This document shows positions 20,489 to 30,423 of a stretch of DNA of 64,000 bases, one piece after another. Source of the stretch: Escherichia phage FL12. Position numbers and translations under genes: made by a program. The notes below the pieces were generated by a model. The model searched no databases and had not been told where the DNA came from. It was given only the letters and a program-made list of their open reading frames with translations. Positions within the stretch are counted from its first letter, which is position 1. Each line of letters opens with the position of its first letter. Location: the sequence record PP400786. One strand, given 5' to 3'.

Positions 20489-22579
20489 TTATCCTTGAAC
20501 GAACTTGTAAGGCATGTTTGCAATATCTATGCAAGACGCAATAATTCCAAGAGATGATTCTACTTTCTGTTTAACATTTGATGAAACAAATGATGCAAAG
20601 TCAACTCTGTCTTCTATATCACCTGTCATTGTAACCAATTCACCAGTTTCCATTAAATGGTCTCCGTCATAGATTACCGATTCGGTGAGTTCTTCTGTGG
20701 TCATGACTTCAGCTTGAATGAGTTTTGTATTATTAGATGTTGTTCCGTCATTATTAGAAGCATCAGTTATTTTATTAACTTTGACCATTAATCCGCGCGG
20801 TAGAATAACTTCAGCTTCTGTTGCTATTCCGAGACTTCCTGGATATACAACATTAACTTTATGTGCGCCGTCAATTGCCCATCCTATTTGAACTTTAACG
20901 TATTCAGGATTTTCTTTATACGCTCTTATTTCGTTTGGATTAATAGTTATTCCTTCTTCATTTTTATCAACTGTCAATTCATTACGAGCTTCTGGTTCTA
21001 AAAGACCAATACCAGCATGTGTAATTCCAAAACGCCCAAAAATGATAGGAGTTAAAGAAGTAGATACAAAATTTCTGAAATAGAACACTTTATTTTTAAC
21101 TAACGCTTCATATATAGGAGCAGTCATACTTTGAGCACGATAAACTGTAATGCCTTCTGGTATACGGTCACCATTTTCAAAAGCTGAATCTAAGTTATTT
21201 ATAGCAGATTCAATTTCTTTTTCACTCATTACATCATATCGTTCTGGATTGTAACGACCTAAAAGAAGATTATTGATGTCAGTATATCCTGAACCGCAAT
21301 ATTCTCTAATGCCACGCTTTTGTGATGGAGTATATTTAGAACCATCGCGGGCAATAGTAATATCAATCATTGGACCAGCACCAATTCCAGAAAAACTGTA
21401 AATCATTCGTTTGAGGAATTTAGTTTTTGCTGCGTTCCAGGAATTTTTAGTTATTTCTTCCCAGACTTCATCTGGTTGTCCTTTACGATTTTTATTATGA
21501 TTAGCAAGCCATTTATCTTTATAATCTTCAAAGAATTGATTTACAGCTGCTGCGTATTTCTCTAAACATTTTATTGAAGTAGTTGGTTCATTTTTAATTG
21601 CATTAAAAATTACTTCTTTAATTTTTTCTGAAACTTCACCGACTTGACTCATTGGAAAGAATTTATAATCATAGTGAAGTTCATCTGCCGTTCCTTCAGC
21701 AATAATTTTTGCTGCCTTTGTTTTAGAAGCTAATGAATTAATTCCAATTTTCATTTCTTCTGCTTCGGGAATTAAAGGTGCAGTAGCTGGTTTATTAAAA
21801 TTAGCTGCTGTAGATTCATACTTCTGGAATAATTCACTTTCAAATCTAGAAGATTCCAATGACTGACTTTGTGCAATTGCTCTACGGGAAATTTTAACTT
21901 TAACAATTACGGCTTGGTCAGAACGTTTATCATTTTCTTGTGCAATAGATGCTGCAATTGCCTCATTTTTAGTTACTTGAGCTCCAGTATCTTTATTGAT
22001 ATAAACATCACCGACCTTCGATTCAACTTTAGTAAAGAGCTCGGTACTAATTTCCGGAACCCCTGGAATGTCTTCTAGTGATACATTTTTGCGATGTATA
22101 AGAATATATGCATACTTTTTATCATAATCCCAGAGTTCCTTAAGAAGGACGTATCTGCCACCTGAACGACTACGGATAAGTCTATCAGCAATAACTTGAA
22201 TTTGTCGAGCTTGACCAGCAGTTTTAGACTTAAGAATACGGAGCATACAGGCATCAATTTTATACTGACGCATTGTTTGCATTGCAACAGTAAAAACTGA
22301 ATTGATATAATTAATTGGGCTTGGACCAAGACCTTTTAATTTAGCAATTGAACCTTTAGCGGTTAATGTAAAAGGAACAATATGCATCATTTTGTCGCCC
22401 ATTTTTAAATCACGATTAGTATCACCTCCAGATGTATAGGTACATAAACGAAAGCCTGGTTGTTCAATTGCATCATCAACGTGAACTGAAAAAATTTGCG
22501 GTATTTTCTTCTTTGGATGTAAGTTTGTAATTGGAAGAGTAGTATCTTCGTCAAATAATTCTGTAATAAGTTCCATCAT
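20489..22579 (-). CDS. alt: ADP-ribosyltransferase Alt (packaged, modifies host RNA polymerase)
   Basis: 696 aa, T4 Alt-like length and position between 54 and 30. Confidence 0.85.
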   Translation of the reverse strand: MMELITELFDEDTTLPITNLHPKKKIPQIFSVHVDDAIEQPGFRLCTYTSGGDTNRDLKMGDKMMHIVPFTLTAKGSIAKLKGLGPSPINYINSVFTVAMQTMRQYKIDACMLRILKSKTAGQARQIQVIADRLIRSRSGGRYVLLKELWDYDKKYAYILIHRKNVSLEDIPGVPEISTELFTKVESKVGDVYINKDTGAQVTKNEAIAASIAQENDKRSDQAVIVKVKISRRAIAQSQSLESSRFESELFQKYESTAANFNKPATAPLIPEAEEMKIGINSLASKTKAAKIIAEGTADELHYDYKFFPMSQVGEVSEKIKEVIFNAIKNEPTTSIKCLEKYAAAVNQFFEDYKDKWLANHNKNRKGQPDEVWEEITKNSWNAAKTKFLKRMIYSFSGIGAGPMIDITIARDGSKYTPSQKRGIREYCGSGYTDINNLLLGRYNPERYDVMSEKEIESAINNLDSAFENGDRIPEGITVYRAQSMTAPIYEALVKNKVFYFRNFVSTSLTPIIFGRFGITHAGIGLLEPEARNELTVDKNEEGITINPNEIRAYKENPEYVKVQIGWAIDGAHKVNVVYPGSLGIATEAEVILPRGLMVKVNKITDASNNDGTTSNNTKLIQAEVMTTEELTESVIYDGDHLMETGELVTMTGDIEDRVDFASFVSSNVKQKVESSLGIIASCIDIANMPYKFVQG

Positions 22580-22599
22580 ATCCTCTCTAGTGTTTATTC

Positions 22600-22607
22600 T
22601 ATTTATA
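22600..22607 (-). promoter_or_regulatory. late promoter TATAAATA (minus strand) upstream of alt
   Basis: TATTTATA on plus strand about 20 nt upstream of the alt start; AAAGGCCCGAAGGCCTTT hairpin just upstream. Confidence 0.5.
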
Positions 22608-22628
22608 AAATTAAAGGCCCGAAGGCCT

Positions 22629-22817
22629 TTAGTAATCTAGTGGTAAGAGAGTACGATATATTTCAAACTTTGGTCCTTTTTCATAGGCATCAAATGTTTC
22701 TGTAAATTTATTATAAGCGTATGCATCTACAAATTCGAGAATGACTTGTGATACAGAAGTAGAAACATCTCCACCTTCTTTTTGAGCAATGACAATTGTT
22801 TCTAAGTAAGCTTTCAT
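22629..22817 (-). CDS. hypothetical small protein
   Basis: 62-aa ORF, start overlaps gene 30 stop. Confidence 0.55.
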   Translation of the reverse strand: MKAYLETIVIAQKEGGDVSTSVSQVILEFVDAYAYNKFTETFDAYEKGPKFEIYRTLLPLDY

Positions 22818-24277
22818 AGACCAGTTACCTCATGAAAATCGCCAAATACATCTTCGAACGTATTAGCTTTAGTTTTATCTTCACGTAAACGAATCGCAAT
22901 CGGAAGAAATAATTTAACGTAATCAGTGCGGCCATCAGATTTTAACCAACCGTTGCATTCGCACTCTAGAATTTTTCCAATATAATAATTTTGGTTTTCC
23001 ATAATGCGAGTACGGTCAAGTTCATGTGATTTTACACCGGCTTTATCTTTTAAGCCTGAGCCAGCATTTACCTTAATTTTTCCACACTCTGACTCAAGAA
23101 TAAATCCACCCGCTTTAGTAGGGTCTTTACGGTGAGGATAAATTCCTACAATTTTTAAATCAACATCAATTACTTCTTTAAATTTATAGAGATTTTTTGA
23201 ACGAGCATTTTCCCATAATCCATCGATATTTTTGAGAATAATACCTTCAAGACCTTGGTCAATATACTTTTTATAAATTACCTTAGCTTCATCTAGGTTA
23301 TTTACTATCTGGTTTTCAATTAAAATTACTTTATCATAGCCTGATGTCATTTGTTCTAGTTTAGAAAAACGTACATCATATTTTAAACGAAATGCTGGAA
23401 GACCATATATTTCTACTAATGGAACATAGTCCCAGACCTGAAACTTCATGCATTGAGCTTCTTTTTCAGAAATGGTTCCCTTTAAAGATTTATTAGCGAT
23501 TCCATTAGAAGTAGTACGTGATTCAGCTACTTCGGCGAATTCTTTGGCTTTACTAATTTCAGGATGAGCATCAAAAAGAAAATCTAGGCCTTCTGGCTCC
23601 TTTTTAACTTGCTCATGGTATACCAATTCGCCATCAATTAACACGCCTTCTGGATGAATCTTGCGGGCTTCAGCGGTCATTTTAATTAACTCTTCCTTAA
23701 GAAGATCTAATCCTAGATATTCATTACCAGCTCGTGATAAAAGACGAACATCATCTAATTCATCACCTCTGACTTCAGCAAAGCACCGAGCTCCATCAGC
23801 TTTTAACTGGGCAAAAGCTGGAAATTTGATATTCTTATTAATGCCTTTTTCATCATAAGAACTTGCCAGCATTTGAGGTTGTTCAGGAATTAAACCTGGC
23901 CAAACTTTGTTCGCAATAGATACTGATGCACCGCATTCAAGGTCTCGCATCATCACCCGACGCAAAACTTCAACATCATCTTTTTTACCATCAGTGATAT
24001 ATCCAGTTAATTCCTCAATTGCTGCATTTCCAGTCAATTTCCGAGTAGCTAACGTGAATTCAATGAAGTCAAGCATATCGGTAATAGTCAACATTCCAAA
24101 ACTCTGGGTAGCAATACCCGGTTTAGGCCATTTCTTGATATAATACTGTAACCCACGAGAATAAGTCAGACGATATACTCGTTTAAGCAATTCATTATCT
24201 TTATTCTTTTCAAGAATTGCTTGCTTCTGCTTAGTTGATCCAATAGATGCTATTTCATTCAGAATTTTAAGAATCAT
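22814..24277 (-). CDS. 30: ATP-dependent DNA ligase gp30
   Basis: 487 aa; adenylation motif KADGAR (KxDG); T4 DNA ligase length. Confidence 0.95.
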   Translation of the reverse strand: MILKILNEIASIGSTKQKQAILEKNKDNELLKRVYRLTYSRGLQYYIKKWPKPGIATQSFGMLTITDMLDFIEFTLATRKLTGNAAIEELTGYITDGKKDDVEVLRRVMMRDLECGASVSIANKVWPGLIPEQPQMLASSYDEKGINKNIKFPAFAQLKADGARCFAEVRGDELDDVRLLSRAGNEYLGLDLLKEELIKMTAEARKIHPEGVLIDGELVYHEQVKKEPEGLDFLFDAHPEISKAKEFAEVAESRTTSNGIANKSLKGTISEKEAQCMKFQVWDYVPLVEIYGLPAFRLKYDVRFSKLEQMTSGYDKVILIENQIVNNLDEAKVIYKKYIDQGLEGIILKNIDGLWENARSKNLYKFKEVIDVDLKIVGIYPHRKDPTKAGGFILESECGKIKVNAGSGLKDKAGVKSHELDRTRIMENQNYYIGKILECECNGWLKSDGRTDYVKLFLPIAIRLREDKTKANTFEDVFGDFHEVTGL

Positions 24278-24543
24278 TGTTCATCCTTTAGAGTTTGGTT
24301 TACAGCTCTATTATAAATCAATTCATCATTAAGCTCAGTCAAAGACCTGTGGTACGTGGTTCTAACTTTATTTCCTTGCATCCAGTGCTTGATATAAATG
24401 AAACCTTGCTCTACACATTTTTTAAAAATTCGTTCGTCTTTTTGAGCTCGGAATTCTGGATTGCATCTAAAAAATTGATTTACGTGACCGTAATCACGTG
24501 TAGTATTACCTTCATTTTCATAAATAGTGTGAACAACAAACAT
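24274..24543 (-). CDS. hypothetical protein (position of T4 30.1)
   Basis: 89-aa ORF, stop/start overlap with gene 30. Confidence 0.6.
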   Translation of the reverse strand: MFVVHTIYENEGNTTRDYGHVNQFFRCNPEFRAQKDERIFKKCVEQGFIYIKHWMQGNKVRTTYHRSLTELNDELIYNRAVNQTLKDEQ

Positions 24544-24554
24544 TAGAATGCTCC

Positions 24555-25406
24555 TTAGAAAATATTATCACCACTAGTAAGTCTATTAAAATACCCTGCG
24601 TCGCCAGGCTTAATATAACTCCACGTGTGGAATGGATTCATATGATACGGGTGTGTATAATATGGATTATATGGATGTGTATAATATGGATGATATGGAT
24701 TTAATCCAGGCGTTCTCCAGGTAGTGTTCCAAGGAAAAGAATCGTTTTTAACCATCTTCTCAATTACATCTTTTATAACTTTTTCACTATCAAAACTTTC
24801 TTTATTTTCCTTTGGTGAAAAAAGCTTATTTTCTACATCATTCCATGTATAAACTCGCTGCGCAGTTTTTGGAATATTGTCACGCTCTCCTCGAGCCATC
24901 CAATAAACCGGAACATTTAATATTTCACTCGCATGATCGCAATGGTGAGCGAGATCGTCAATATAACAAATTACGTTATATTTCTCTTTTGCCTTTTTGA
25001 ACAACTCTTCTTTTGAAGAATCATGACTACACATCAGTACTTCTGAGAAGGCACCAGGAAAAAGAGCATTCAAATTAAATTGACGATTCAGCAGAGCGTC
25101 AATAGAATCACCCAGCGCTGTAACAGCTACAAAATTATAATCTTCTTTTAATTTGTTAATTACACACAGAGCATCTTTATATGGAGACAAGTAACGAATA
25201 AAATCCGAACGATTGTATTTTTCAATTAACTTGACGCCAAGTTCTTCATCACAATTAAAAAGTTTACCTGGAGAGATAAATTTCTCATCTTGGATCATTT
25301 TTAAAATATGTTCCAATGGAAGATTATATTTCTGAGCAAAATAAGGAAGGCCTGATTGCCAGCTTAAACATACTCCATCAATATCAGTTAAAATAGTAGG
25401 CTTCAT
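24555..25406 (-). CDS. HAD-family phosphatase-like protein with Pro/Tyr/His-rich C-terminal repeat (position of T4 30.2)
   Basis: 283 aa; N-terminal LTDIDGV (DxDG HAD motif I); C-terminal PYHPYYTHPYNPYYTHPYHMNP. Confidence 0.7.
   Translation of the reverse strand: MKPTILTDIDGVCLSWQSGLPYFAQKYNLPLEHILKMIQDEKFISPGKLFNCDEELGVKLIEKYNRSDFIRYLSPYKDALCVINKLKEDYNFVAVTALGDSIDALLNRQFNLNALFPGAFSEVLMCSHDSSKEELFKKAKEKYNVICYIDDLAHHCDHASEILNVPVYWMARGERDNIPKTAQRVYTWNDVENKLFSPKENKESFDSEKVIKDVIEKMVKNDSFPWNTTWRTPGLNPYHPYYTHPYNPYYTHPYHMNPFHTWSYIKPGDAGYFNRLTSGDNIF
24640..24700 (-). repeat. short tandem DNA repeat (GTGTATAATATGGAT-like units) in the 3' part of the HAD-like gene
   Basis: Imperfect direct repeats in the plus-strand sequence. 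Confidence 0.6.
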
Positions 25407-25867
25407 AGAGAGTCTCTTAATAGGTTTAACACATCAATAAATTCAGCTTCGGTTAGTATTGTATCATCTTTTGTTAGACCACTAGCCATGCTGTGCTTCA
25501 AAACTTTTCCTTTCGAGGCTTGTAATGCATCGCGAAAGCCCTTGTTTTGGATCGCTGCTTCAAAATATGCATTTGTGTATAATTCTTTCCACGCCGGGGA
25601 GTATCTTGAAAACGGAACTCCAAGCCAGAAGAGGGTCCCACGGTCCTGAGCTCTAGCATAAGACCTTCCAGCTTGTTGAGCGGCAAGCCCGGATAACCCA
25701 AATATACGGCGTTGTTGTTCAACATTTTTCACCTTGCATCCTTGGAGGAATCCTTCGAGACCTCCAAATTGAATGCCATCCATAACGAAAGGCCATTGGG
25801 CGAAATTACTTAATGCACATGATGGCCATTTAAAATTGCTTCTTATCTCTAGCTCAGACATTTTCAA
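25403..25867 (-). CDS. NADAR/YbiA (DUF1768)-like protein (position of T4 30.3)
   Basis: 154 aa; CALSNFAQWPFVMDG...EGFLQGCK resembles the YbiA/NADAR SNFxxWP...DG...E(H)Y(F)Q..K motif. Confidence 0.6.
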   Translation of the reverse strand: MKMSELEIRSNFKWPSCALSNFAQWPFVMDGIQFGGLEGFLQGCKVKNVEQQRRIFGLSGLAAQQAGRSYARAQDRGTLFWLGVPFSRYSPAWKELYTNAYFEAAIQNKGFRDALQASKGKVLKHSMASGLTKDDTILTEAEFIDVLNLLRDSL

Positions 25868-26060
25868 TACTTATAATTTCAACATCAGCCCAATGACCAT
25901 AGCAAGGAAGACGAAATTCAACTGGCCAGTTAGGGTCCTTTTCTAATATAATAGACTCAACTTGTGGTTCTTCATGTTCATCAGTATATGGATTTTTATC
26001 TGTTACTTTATATGTGACCTTAATGTACTGAATTCCAAAAATCTTATTAATTATATTCAT
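25854..26060 (-). CDS. hypothetical small protein
   Basis: 68-aa ORF in tight operon spacing. Confidence 0.55.
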   Translation of the reverse strand: MNIINKIFGIQYIKVTYKVTDKNPYTDEHEEPQVESIILEKDPNWPVEFRLPCYGHWADVEIISIENV

Positions 26061-26254
26061 ACTAATTCCTTTAATCCGTAAATAGGAGATAATTCATCAC
26101 CCATACGAAGGTCTTCATTTCCATCTACCCAGGAAACAATATAAGCCTCTTTTATTTGAATACCACTCCATTTAAATGGAGGTAGAACCTTAGAAATTAA
26201 TCCAGGTATACCAACTCCCTTTAATTCAACAGTTTGACCTAAAAAGAATTTCAT
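26057..26254 (-). CDS. hypothetical small protein
   Basis: 65-aa ORF, stop/start overlaps with neighbours. Confidence 0.55.
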   Translation of the reverse strand: MKFFLGQTVELKGVGIPGLISKVLPPFKWSGIQIKEAYIVSWVDGNEDLRMGDELSPIYGLKELV

Positions 26255-26541
26255 TAGAACCTCATCTGAAAACCGTGTGATTTAACATTACCGCCGCCAA
26301 TGTCAGAAATGTTAATTTCACGCGCAATTGAAGGGTCAATGTCAATTTCACGATTGAGTTTAGTGATAGCTAGAGTATCACGCCCATTTACAGTACGGAA
26401 CTCTAAAGGGCAGACTACATTAACGTAGTTTTTAATTGATTCACTGGTAGGTTGCAAATGAGCAGGAAGGTCTTTAGGCGCCTTAGAGAAAACTACTTCA
26501 CAGAAGTTTTTGCGGGTATCAAAATAAGTAGTCATAAACAT
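26254..26541 (-). CDS. hypothetical protein
   Basis: 95-aa ORF preceded by GC hairpin and Shine-Dalgarno. Confidence 0.6.
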   Translation of the reverse strand: MFMTTYFDTRKNFCEVVFSKAPKDLPAHLQPTSESIKNYVNVVCPLEFRTVNGRDTLAITKLNREIDIDPSIAREINISDIGGGNVKSHGFQMRF

Positions 26542-26582
26542 AGTATTTTCCTCAGTAAGGGGCCGAAGCCCCTCATTTTATT

Positions 26583-26960
26583 TTAAATATCAAATTCGTT
26601 AAGAACTACATCAAAGATCGCTTCAAGATGCTCAGGTTTAGCTCTGTTACTCAGAATATGACGAATCCAAGTTTTAACCAGAAGCTTGCGATTAACACCA
26701 TTCCAACAAGGATGAGTCCCTAAATCACGTTGACGAAAATCATCATCTAATGCGATTTTAAAAGAAGAGCCTTCTTTTGTGATTGAAACCGTGATGCCAT
26801 TTTCAAATCGCATATAAACGTAGTTAGGAGTCATATACTGTTCAATTTCGCATACTGATCCATTTTGATGTTTCCAAAGGCAAATAGTATCAATAGAACC
26901 TGCAATACCGTTAGAAACATATTTACGTTCAAAGTTGATGTAGTTCATTTTATTCTCCAA
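26583..26960 (-). CDS. hypothetical protein
   Basis: 125-aa ORF. Confidence 0.6.
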   Translation of the reverse strand: MENKMNYINFERKYVSNGIAGSIDTICLWKHQNGSVCEIEQYMTPNYVYMRFENGITVSITKEGSSFKIALDDDFRQRDLGTHPCWNGVNRKLLVKTWIRHILSNRAKPEHLEAIFDVVLNEFDI

Positions 26961-27015
26961 GATGTTTAATTGTGGTACAGGTATATAATATCATATCCTG
27001 TACCAAAGTAAACAA

Positions 27016-27348
27016 TTATTTTACTACTTTCCAATGTTGCATGTCAAGTTTACCAACTTTTTTCATCTTCTCAATTAAACGTTCGGCACGTTGGCGAGCT
27101 GTAACATAATACCATTCACCTAATTCATTTTGTTCAATTTTTCCAACGATTACTGTATTCAATTCATAAATCCAACCAGTAAAGAAATTATGAACTTGAA
27201 TTGTAAAGGTGAAATCTGTTCCCATACCTTCTGTCGTTTCTACTTCAATAATATCACCTTCAACTGCCATTAAGAACCACATAGTTTCATTATATTTACC
27301 ATTGAAGCATTTAGTTTTAACTGCAGCGTTCAGATTAATCGTTTTCAT
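27016..27348 (-). CDS. hypothetical protein
   Basis: 110-aa ORF. Confidence 0.6.
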   Translation of the reverse strand: MKTINLNAAVKTKCFNGKYNETMWFLMAVEGDIIEVETTEGMGTDFTFTIQVHNFFTGWIYELNTVIVGKIEQNELGEWYYVTARQRAERLIEKMKKVGKLDMQHWKVVK

Positions 27349-27426
27349 TTTATTCTCCTTTGTTTGTGTAAGATAATACTATCACAAAGGAACCATGCTG
27401 TAAACAACTTTATGCAATCTTTGGAA

Positions 27427-27453
27427 AATAAAAAAGGACTCCCGAAGGAGTCC
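27427..27453 (-). terminator. terminator after the small basic protein gene
   Basis: GGACTCCTTCGGGAGTCC hairpin followed by T-tract on minus strand. Confidence 0.65.
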
Positions 27454-27458
27454 TCAAC

Positions 27459-27636
27459 TTATGCTTTCTGCTTACCAAAACGAGAAGCATCATCTCGAAG
27501 AACCGCACGTGCTCGGCGCATGATCTTCTCAACAGTTTGATTGATACGAGAGTTCGACCCACGCTTGTAACCAGCGCGTTTAGAATCACCAACTTTCTTT
27601 TCAACTGCTTTCTTTGCTTTAGCTTGTTTTGCCATT
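27459..27636 (-). CDS. small highly basic protein, ~58 aa (track ORF extends to 27677; start assigned to MAKQAK with AAAGAG Shine-Dalgarno)
   Basis: MAKQAKAKKAVEKKVGDSKRAGYKRG..., Lys/Arg-rich, preceded by ~240 nt of non-coding leader. Confidence 0.55.
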
Positions 27637-27879
27637 ATAAATTCTCTTTTAAATGAAAATGCAGGACTTATTGGCATTGCCTGCGCAAGCCCTCAAGGGG
27701 AACATAGGTTTTTGGATATTTAACGACCAGGATAACCATAAACCCGTCATCATTCACATTCAAGAGGTACACCGTAAAACTGTCGGGGTCTTAAAACTAT
27801 AATGATTCGCAAATCATTAATCAGACAGTTCGACGGCTCCTCGATTTAGCTCACACTAAGGCAGTGAATCTCCAATAAA

Positions 27880-28128
27880 TTACTTCAATGTTACCACAAA
27901 GTGACGAACTGCTTTTCGTGCAGCAGAAGCCAGAGGCTTAGCATATTTAAGTTCATCTTTTTCCTGAAGCTCAGCAGCTAATGCAGTTTGAGCAGGATTC
28001 AGATGTTTGAAATAACGCAGGATTTCAAGAGCTTCGGCTTCAACATCAATAGATGCGCCATAGTTTTCGTGACCATTATTCCATGCGTTTCGTTGCAGTT
28101 CAAGAGCGTGTTGTAATTGTTTAATCAT
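27880..28128 (-). CDS. rIII: lysis inhibition accessory protein rIII
   Basis: 82 aa, T4 rIII length and position upstream of gene 31. Confidence 0.85.
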   Translation of the reverse strand: MIKQLQHALELQRNAWNNGHENYGASIDVEAEALEILRYFKHLNPAQTALAAELQEKDELKYAKPLASAARKAVRHFVVTLK

Positions 28129-28275
28129 TTAAAAATTCTCGTTAGAGATTAAAACTCGGTAGTCACGTTCTTCTGAATTTCATCTTCTTTCGACAGATCT
28201 CTCAGTTGTAGACTACCACGTAGAATTGTTCGGTTAACTTATTATTCCGACACCCAATTCATATTATTATTTATA

Positions 28276-28611
28276 TCACTTATAAAGACACGGAATAGCT
28301 TTATAGTGACAGGTAACGAATTTTTGTTTAATTTCTTTTGGCTGCTTAAGACCCAGAGCTACAAAAGGGTGTGGAACGTTTCGAATTTGACCAACTGGAA
28401 GAGAAGTCAAATCACCAACTTCACAGAAACCTTCAGGAACATCAGGACCAACAGAGTGAACTACACACAGTTCAGGAACTTCACCTTGAACACGTTTACC
28501 GATAATAAGTCCTGATTCTGTAACTTCTTCATCACCGGCTTGTGCAGGTTCAGAAACTAAAATAACATATTCACCGACAGCACGAATTGGTAGCTGTTGT
28601 ACTTCAGACAT
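28276..28611 (-). CDS. 31: GroES-like co-chaperonin gp31
   Basis: 111 aa, T4 gp31 length and position. Confidence 0.9.
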
Positions 28612-28667
28612 CGTTTTTCCTTTTTGTTAACAGATGAATTAATAATAACAAATAATTCTTAAAGCAT

Positions 28668-28976
28668 TTATTTACCAATAAATTGGAGCAAATGCTCAAC
28701 TTTCATACCATTAACAGAAATCAATTTGTCAATAGAAAAACCTCGCCATGCACCAAGCTCAACATCAAATACTGGAATCATATCCGTAGATTCTTTCCGA
28801 GTAGATTCAGTCAATTTACCAGTTTGCATGGTTGGCATAAAGTCTGCATCACGAGTACCTTTCATAGTACGAATAGTACCATCAGACTTTTCAAAAACTA
28901 CGTTTGAAACACCCATGGACAGTTTAGTTTTCAAAATTTCACGAATTGCTACTTTCTGCTCAGTTGTCAGTTTCAT
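28668..28976 (-). CDS. hypothetical protein (position of T4 31.1)
   Basis: 102-aa ORF. Confidence 0.6.
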   Translation of the reverse strand: MKLTTEQKVAIREILKTKLSMGVSNVVFEKSDGTIRTMKGTRDADFMPTMQTGKLTESTRKESTDMIPVFDVELGAWRGFSIDKLISVNGMKVEHLLQFIGK

Positions 28977-29213
28977 TTATTTACCTATCACAGTTTTAAT
29001 ATGAGTTGTTCCACGTTCTTTAAGGGTGGAAAGCAATTTTTGGCATTTTTCTAAATCAGATTTCCAACTATATGGTCTATCAATACTAGTCCAATCAGTT
29101 TTATAATACTGTTTCCATTTAGAGAAAAAATATTTCTTATACTCTACAGCAAATGAGATGTTCTCATTAGAATAAGAACTAATTGCTGTGAGCTTTACCA
29201 AACGAAATTTCAT
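28977..29213 (-). CDS. hypothetical protein (position of T4 31.2)
   Basis: 78-aa ORF, ATGA overlap with cd stop. Confidence 0.55.
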   Translation of the reverse strand: MKFRLVKLTAISSYSNENISFAVEYKKYFFSKWKQYYKTDWTSIDRPYSWKSDLEKCQKLLSTLKERGTTHIKTVIGK

Positions 29214-29794
29214 TATTCACCGCAGAATTCGTTGATATTTTCCCAGTTTAACTTATTCAAGTTTTTCTTAGGAACATTAAACACTTCAATACCTGCATTT
29301 CGCAGAATATCATCCCAGCCAGGTTTATTTTTATCGTATGTTTCGCAATAAACCAGCTTTTTAATACCAGATTGAGCTATCGCTTTTGCACAATCTGGGC
29401 AAGGAGAAAGTGTTACATACATAGTAGCACCTTCAATTGAAGAACCATTTCGTGCAGCAAACAAAATTGCATTTAGCTCAGCATGAATTTCATTTTTAGA
29501 CGACCATTCAGAGTGAGCGCTGCGGTGTTCTTTCGCTAAGACAAAACGATCAGTTGAACCAAACGATACACATTCGGGCTTATGACCTTGAATGATAGTA
29601 TGTTTAGGTTTATTCAACAACCAACCTTGCTCGGCAGCATAATCACAACAGTTCACACCACCAGCAGGTGAACCATTATATCCGGTAGAAATAATACGTC
29701 CATTCTTTTCAATTACTGCTCCTACCTTCCAGGAGCAACATTTTGATTCTTGTGATACTAAATATGCAATTTGAAGTACTGTACTCGCTTTCAT
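29213..29794 (-). CDS. cd: dCMP deaminase
   Basis: 193 aa; zinc-dependent deaminase motifs HAE and PCPDC. Confidence 0.93.
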   Translation of the reverse strand: MKASTVLQIAYLVSQESKCCSWKVGAVIEKNGRIISTGYNGSPAGGVNCCDYAAEQGWLLNKPKHTIIQGHKPECVSFGSTDRFVLAKEHRSAHSEWSSKNEIHAELNAILFAARNGSSIEGATMYVTLSPCPDCAKAIAQSGIKKLVYCETYDKNKPGWDDILRNAGIEVFNVPKKNLNKLNWENINEFCGE

Positions 29795-30129
29795 TTCATA
29801 ATCACCAAATAAGCAGATTTAGCAGTTTCAACACGATAAATTTCGTGACGAAGTTTAGTTATACTTTTAATAACAGAACTAATTATATTCTGCCCATCTT
29901 TAAAGCGGTTTTTCTTATCAATAAAAATTGCGCCAACCATCTTTTTGTGAAGCTCAACTGGATACTTCGTCACAATAATAGCATCATACACAGAAGGATG
30001 AATACTATTCACCAGAGTATCATTCATTAAAGTTATTCTAATGAACTTTGCTGTTTCAGAGTCAAGCGCTCTATGACCACCAGTATCATTTTCAAGACAA
30101 TTATCAATTATATCAGTTAAATTCATCAT
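29791..30129 (-). CDS. hypothetical protein
   Basis: 112-aa ORF overlapping cd start. Confidence 0.6.
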   Translation of the reverse strand: MMNLTDIIDNCLENDTGGHRALDSETAKFIRITLMNDTLVNSIHPSVYDAIIVTKYPVELHKKMVGAIFIDKKNRFKDGQNIISSVIKSITKLRHEIYRVETAKSAYLVIMK

Positions 30130-30362
30130 AGTACGCCATACACCCTTTGTGCTTCAACTAATCCATCAAAATCCAGTTTAAGATGCGATATTTGATCGCC
30201 ATCGCCTGGATTCACAATTACTAATACTGAACGAGGAGTTTCGGTAATAACACGAACCGATGTTTCAGGAAATCTTTCAGAAACCTTATTTACCAATTCC
30301 TGCGCAAATAGCTTAACTTTTTCTTGGAATTCTTTAACAGTAATCGGTTTTTCACTTAGCAT
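30126..30362 (-). CDS. hypothetical protein
   Basis: 78-aa ORF. Confidence 0.55.
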   Translation of the reverse strand: MLSEKPITVKEFQEKVKLFAQELVNKVSERFPETSVRVITETPRSVLVIVNPGDGDQISHLKLDFDGLVEAQRVYGVL

Positions 30363-30423
30363 TTTGTTTTCCTCATTTGTTTGGTAGAGCTATAATATCA
30401 CAACTCTACCGTAAAGTAAACTA

